The position numbers were made by a program, and so were the translations under genes. Positions 60,760 to 64,000 of a stretch of DNA of 64,000 nt are shown piece after piece. The stretch's first letter is position 1; each line of letters opens with the position of its first letter. Source of the DNA: Geosiphon pyriformis uo1 (taxonomy: Eukaryota; Fungi; Glomeromycota); NCBI GenBank assembly GCA_016748015.1, contig JAAOMT010000514.1, positions 175,866 through 239,865 of the forward strand. Reading direction: 5' to 3'. The notes below the pieces were generated by a model that saw only the letters and a program-made list of their open reading frames with translations, was not told the DNA's origin and did no database searches.

Positions 60760-62873
60760 TTAACTGTTATTTTAAATTATAATAATTAATAATTATTGTT
60801 TTTTTTATTTTTTAAATTTGTAATTATTAATTTTTTAGATTATATAATAATAATTGAATTATTTAAAACTTTTTTATTTTTTAATTATATTTTTAATATA
60901 ATTGTCTGTTTGTTTTATTAGTAATTAATATAAACTAAATTTTTTTGTTTTAAAATTTTTTTATTTTTTAAATATTTAAATATTTTTATATTTAATTATT
61001 TTACTACTATAAATATTTCTATATTGAATTTTTTTATAGTGTTTTATATAATAGTTAAACAATTAAATAAATATTATTTATAATTTTTATTTTTATTGTA
61101 TTTTTTATTTTAATCATATTTTGTTAAAAATTATATATTTTTTTGTTTATTAATTTTAATATAAATTGTGTTCAATAATAATTATTAGTTCTAGATTTTA
61201 TAAGATCTTATTTGATTTAATTAATATTTATTATATAATATAAATATTAATAATAATAAGTTAATATAAAATAGTTTTAATTATTATGTGTTAATTTTTT
61301 TTAAAACTTTGTCTTTAATTGTAATTTATAAACTCTATTTTTAAGTATTTGATAAATAAAAATATATTATTTAATTTGAAATCAAAATTTTTATTCTATT
61401 GTTTTTTTGTTTTAATATTGTTATAATTAAAAATCATGATTTTTAATATATATATTAGTTAATAATATTAGATAATAATTATTAAAAAATAAAAATAAAA
61501 ATAAAATAATAATTACATATTTAATATTTTTTTTATATTGTTTATTTTTTTTTAATTTTTTATCTTTAAATATATAAATATTTGTAAATAAAAAATTATT
61601 TGTTAATATTTACATCTTTTTTTAATTTATATTATTAAAATTAGTCTAAAAAATTTTAAATGCTTTTATAATTTATCAAATAAAATTAAAAAACATAATA
61701 TCTGTTATTAATTTTAAAAATTATTAAGTAAAACATAAAATAATAAACAGTAATATTATTTATTAACAATTATAAATTATTTTTTTATCTTCAAATTTCT
61801 TGAAAAAAATCAAATAATTTTAAAATTAATTATATATATTAAATTTTTTATTATTTTTAATAATTTTTTTCTTGTTATTTATTAATTTATTACTTTAATT
61901 TATAATATAAAAATAATGTTATTAAAATTTACTTGCTTTTTATTATATAAATAATTATTTATATCTGTTATAACAATTAAAAAAACATTTTACATAATAA
62001 AAATAATCTATTAAAATTAATTTTTTGTTTTTTACTTAATTTGCTTTTTTATTAAAAATTAATTTAATAAACAATTTCAAAATTTTTAAACCTCGCTTTT
62101 TAAACAAATATTTAATTAAATATTATACTTTTTATATTATATATTTTTTTAATCAAGCTTATTTTGAAGATTTTTTTGAAAAAAAAAACAATAATATTAA
62201 TTGATTTTTATATTTTATAATTTTTAAACAATTATTATCTAATTTTAAATATCTAAATTATTAAATTTATTTTTAAACAGCTGTTTATTAACTATTTAAA
62301 CTTTTTTTAAAACAAAAAAAAAGTTTTTAAACTGTTTTTATATTTAATTTTTTTTTAAATAAATTAGATTTTTTTACAAAAATTGTTACTTTTAAACTAA
62401 TAACTATTATTATAAATAAAATTAATAGGATAAGATTGTAACTTTTGGTGCTTGTAATTTAATAATAAAAACTAATTAAATATAGATATGATTGTTTTTT
62501 TGACTATATTAATTATTAATTTCTAAAATCTTTCTTATCTAAAGTTATATTTACTAAGTTTTTTTGTTATAAAACACAGAGTTTTGATTTTTTTAATTGG
62601 GCTGTTGTAGTTATATTTGTTTCTGAGCTAGTGAGCATAGTTATTAAAATCTGATATTATCTTTTTATTTTTTTAGTAAGCTAATAAAATAAAATTAATA
62701 TTTAAACTTAAAGAAAACTTTTTTTTTACCAAACTATTATAAAATCTATTTCCAAATAATTAATTTTCAATGTTGCTGCTTTACAAAAAAAAAGAAAAAA
62801 GAAAAATATTTAAATTATATATAAGTAATTTGAATAAAAAAATTTTATTGAAATAGTTTACAAATATATATAA
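60760..62873. other. Extremely AT-rich low-complexity block
   Basis: Nearly all A/T, no ORFs. Confidence 0.8.
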
Positions 62874-63673
62874 TATTACAAATGATTATTTAAAATATTA
62901 AAACAAATAACAAATTCGTAACTTGGTGCTTAATAGCTGGTAATATTGGTAATTTCTGAAGGTTTTGGTTAAGTTTTTTGTATAATAAACAAAAATTCAA
63001 TTGATGATTTCTTTTGTGAATTTTTTTCTTTAATATAATAACTAGTTTATTTTAACAGTTATGCCTTTTTAATAAACTATCCTTAAATTTTTACTTTTGT
63101 TTTTGGGTTTTTTACTAGACTATTCTTGATGTTAATTACTCAACACTTAATCTCTTTAATCAATTAGTAAACAACAAAAAAATAAAACAAAATAAAAAAA
63201 ATAAAAATAAAAATAAAAAATAAAAAATTAGTATTTTGTCAATAATTGTAATTAAAAGCTATTAATCTAGTGTGATTAAGTATTAGATTCTATCAACACT
63301 CCATGTTGATAGTAACAAAAGTAATTAATATTCTTAATCAAGTAATAATAACATAAGTTTGATGCTAATTAGATATTTTATTAATATTAATAAGTTTTTA
63401 TTTTAAGTTATAAAAAATTATTTTTTAAAAGGAAAGATAGAAGTAAGTAATTATTATTAGCTACTGTTTTATTTGAGTCGAATTTTGTTTTTTTCTGTTT
63501 TTAATACTCTTGCTATATCTACATAATTTGTGTTATATAAGATTCTTGGGAATCCTGCAATTTTTTAAAAAAAATTCTAGAATTCTGGAATCTTGCAATT
63601 CCTTATTTTACTATACCTATTTCTAATTGGCTATTTTACTTATTATTATAATTCTTAATTTTTATGAATAACA
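62874..63673 (-). mobile_element. Old solo LTR (A-type)
   Basis: Decayed termini TATTACA...ATAACA. Family motifs GTAACTTGGTGCT and GGAATCCTGCAATT. Imperfect TSD ATAA/ATGA. Confidence 0.8.
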
Positions 63674-64000
63674 ATGATAAAATTGATTTTAAGCTAAAAT
63701 TAAGATATTAAAAAAAAAATAACTTTTTTTTTTATTATCTGTTAAAACTATTTGTTTTTATAAATTAGCCATTAATATTATATAATTAGCCACCCTATTT
63801 TTAAATAGTAATCATTGATTTGATTAATAACTTAATTATTAACCTAATCTTTGATTATTTTTAATAGCTATATAAGCAATAAATTTCTTAGCTATAAAAA
63901 AACATGTAAAAAATCAAAAAAAATAAAACAATATTTATTAATTTAATTTTTCTTTTATTACTTGTTTTTCTTTTTCTCATTTTTTACTTTCAAGTATTTG

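Noticed and set aside
62420-62660. Slightly GC-richer patch that might be a fossil LINE endonuclease
   Set aside because: Similarity is too weak to support by eye.

Overview
AT-rich eukaryotic (fungal) genomic DNA. Intron style, repeat families and base composition suggest an early-diverging Glomeromycotina fungus, Geosiphon-like; this is recognition from memory, not a database result. A central gene island (~14.4-28.9 kb) holds TIM21 and SDH4 head-to-head, PER1, a FAD/berberine-bridge-type oxidoreductase, a candidate Sororin and an Mrn1/Nrd1-like four-RRM protein, plus a 1.07-kb Mutator-like remnant. Decayed transposons flank the island. Left side: a Crinkler-type P-loop NTPase pseudogene, a truncated Ty3/Gypsy element, a solo LTR without TSD, a LINE remnant and a full-length APE-RT-RNaseH LINE. 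Right side: a second LINE copy expanded to ~30 kb by nested insertions (a TIR element; LTR element A containing B containing C; a solo LTR), with a 4-bp TSD on every LTR insertion. Main observations: (1) repeats decay almost only by C:G>T:A transitions in many contexts, a RIP-like signature; (2) all three pol-bearing Gypsy elements carry a fast-evolving, non-Env ORF between integrase and PPT; (3) element B encodes a dUTPase and extra Cys-rich modules; (4) a U5 hairpin mimics the tRNA 3' end and would sequester the PBS; (5) about half of the predicted introns use AAG acceptors. No rRNA, tRNA or CRISPR array was seen. All exon models, alignments and counts were made by eye.
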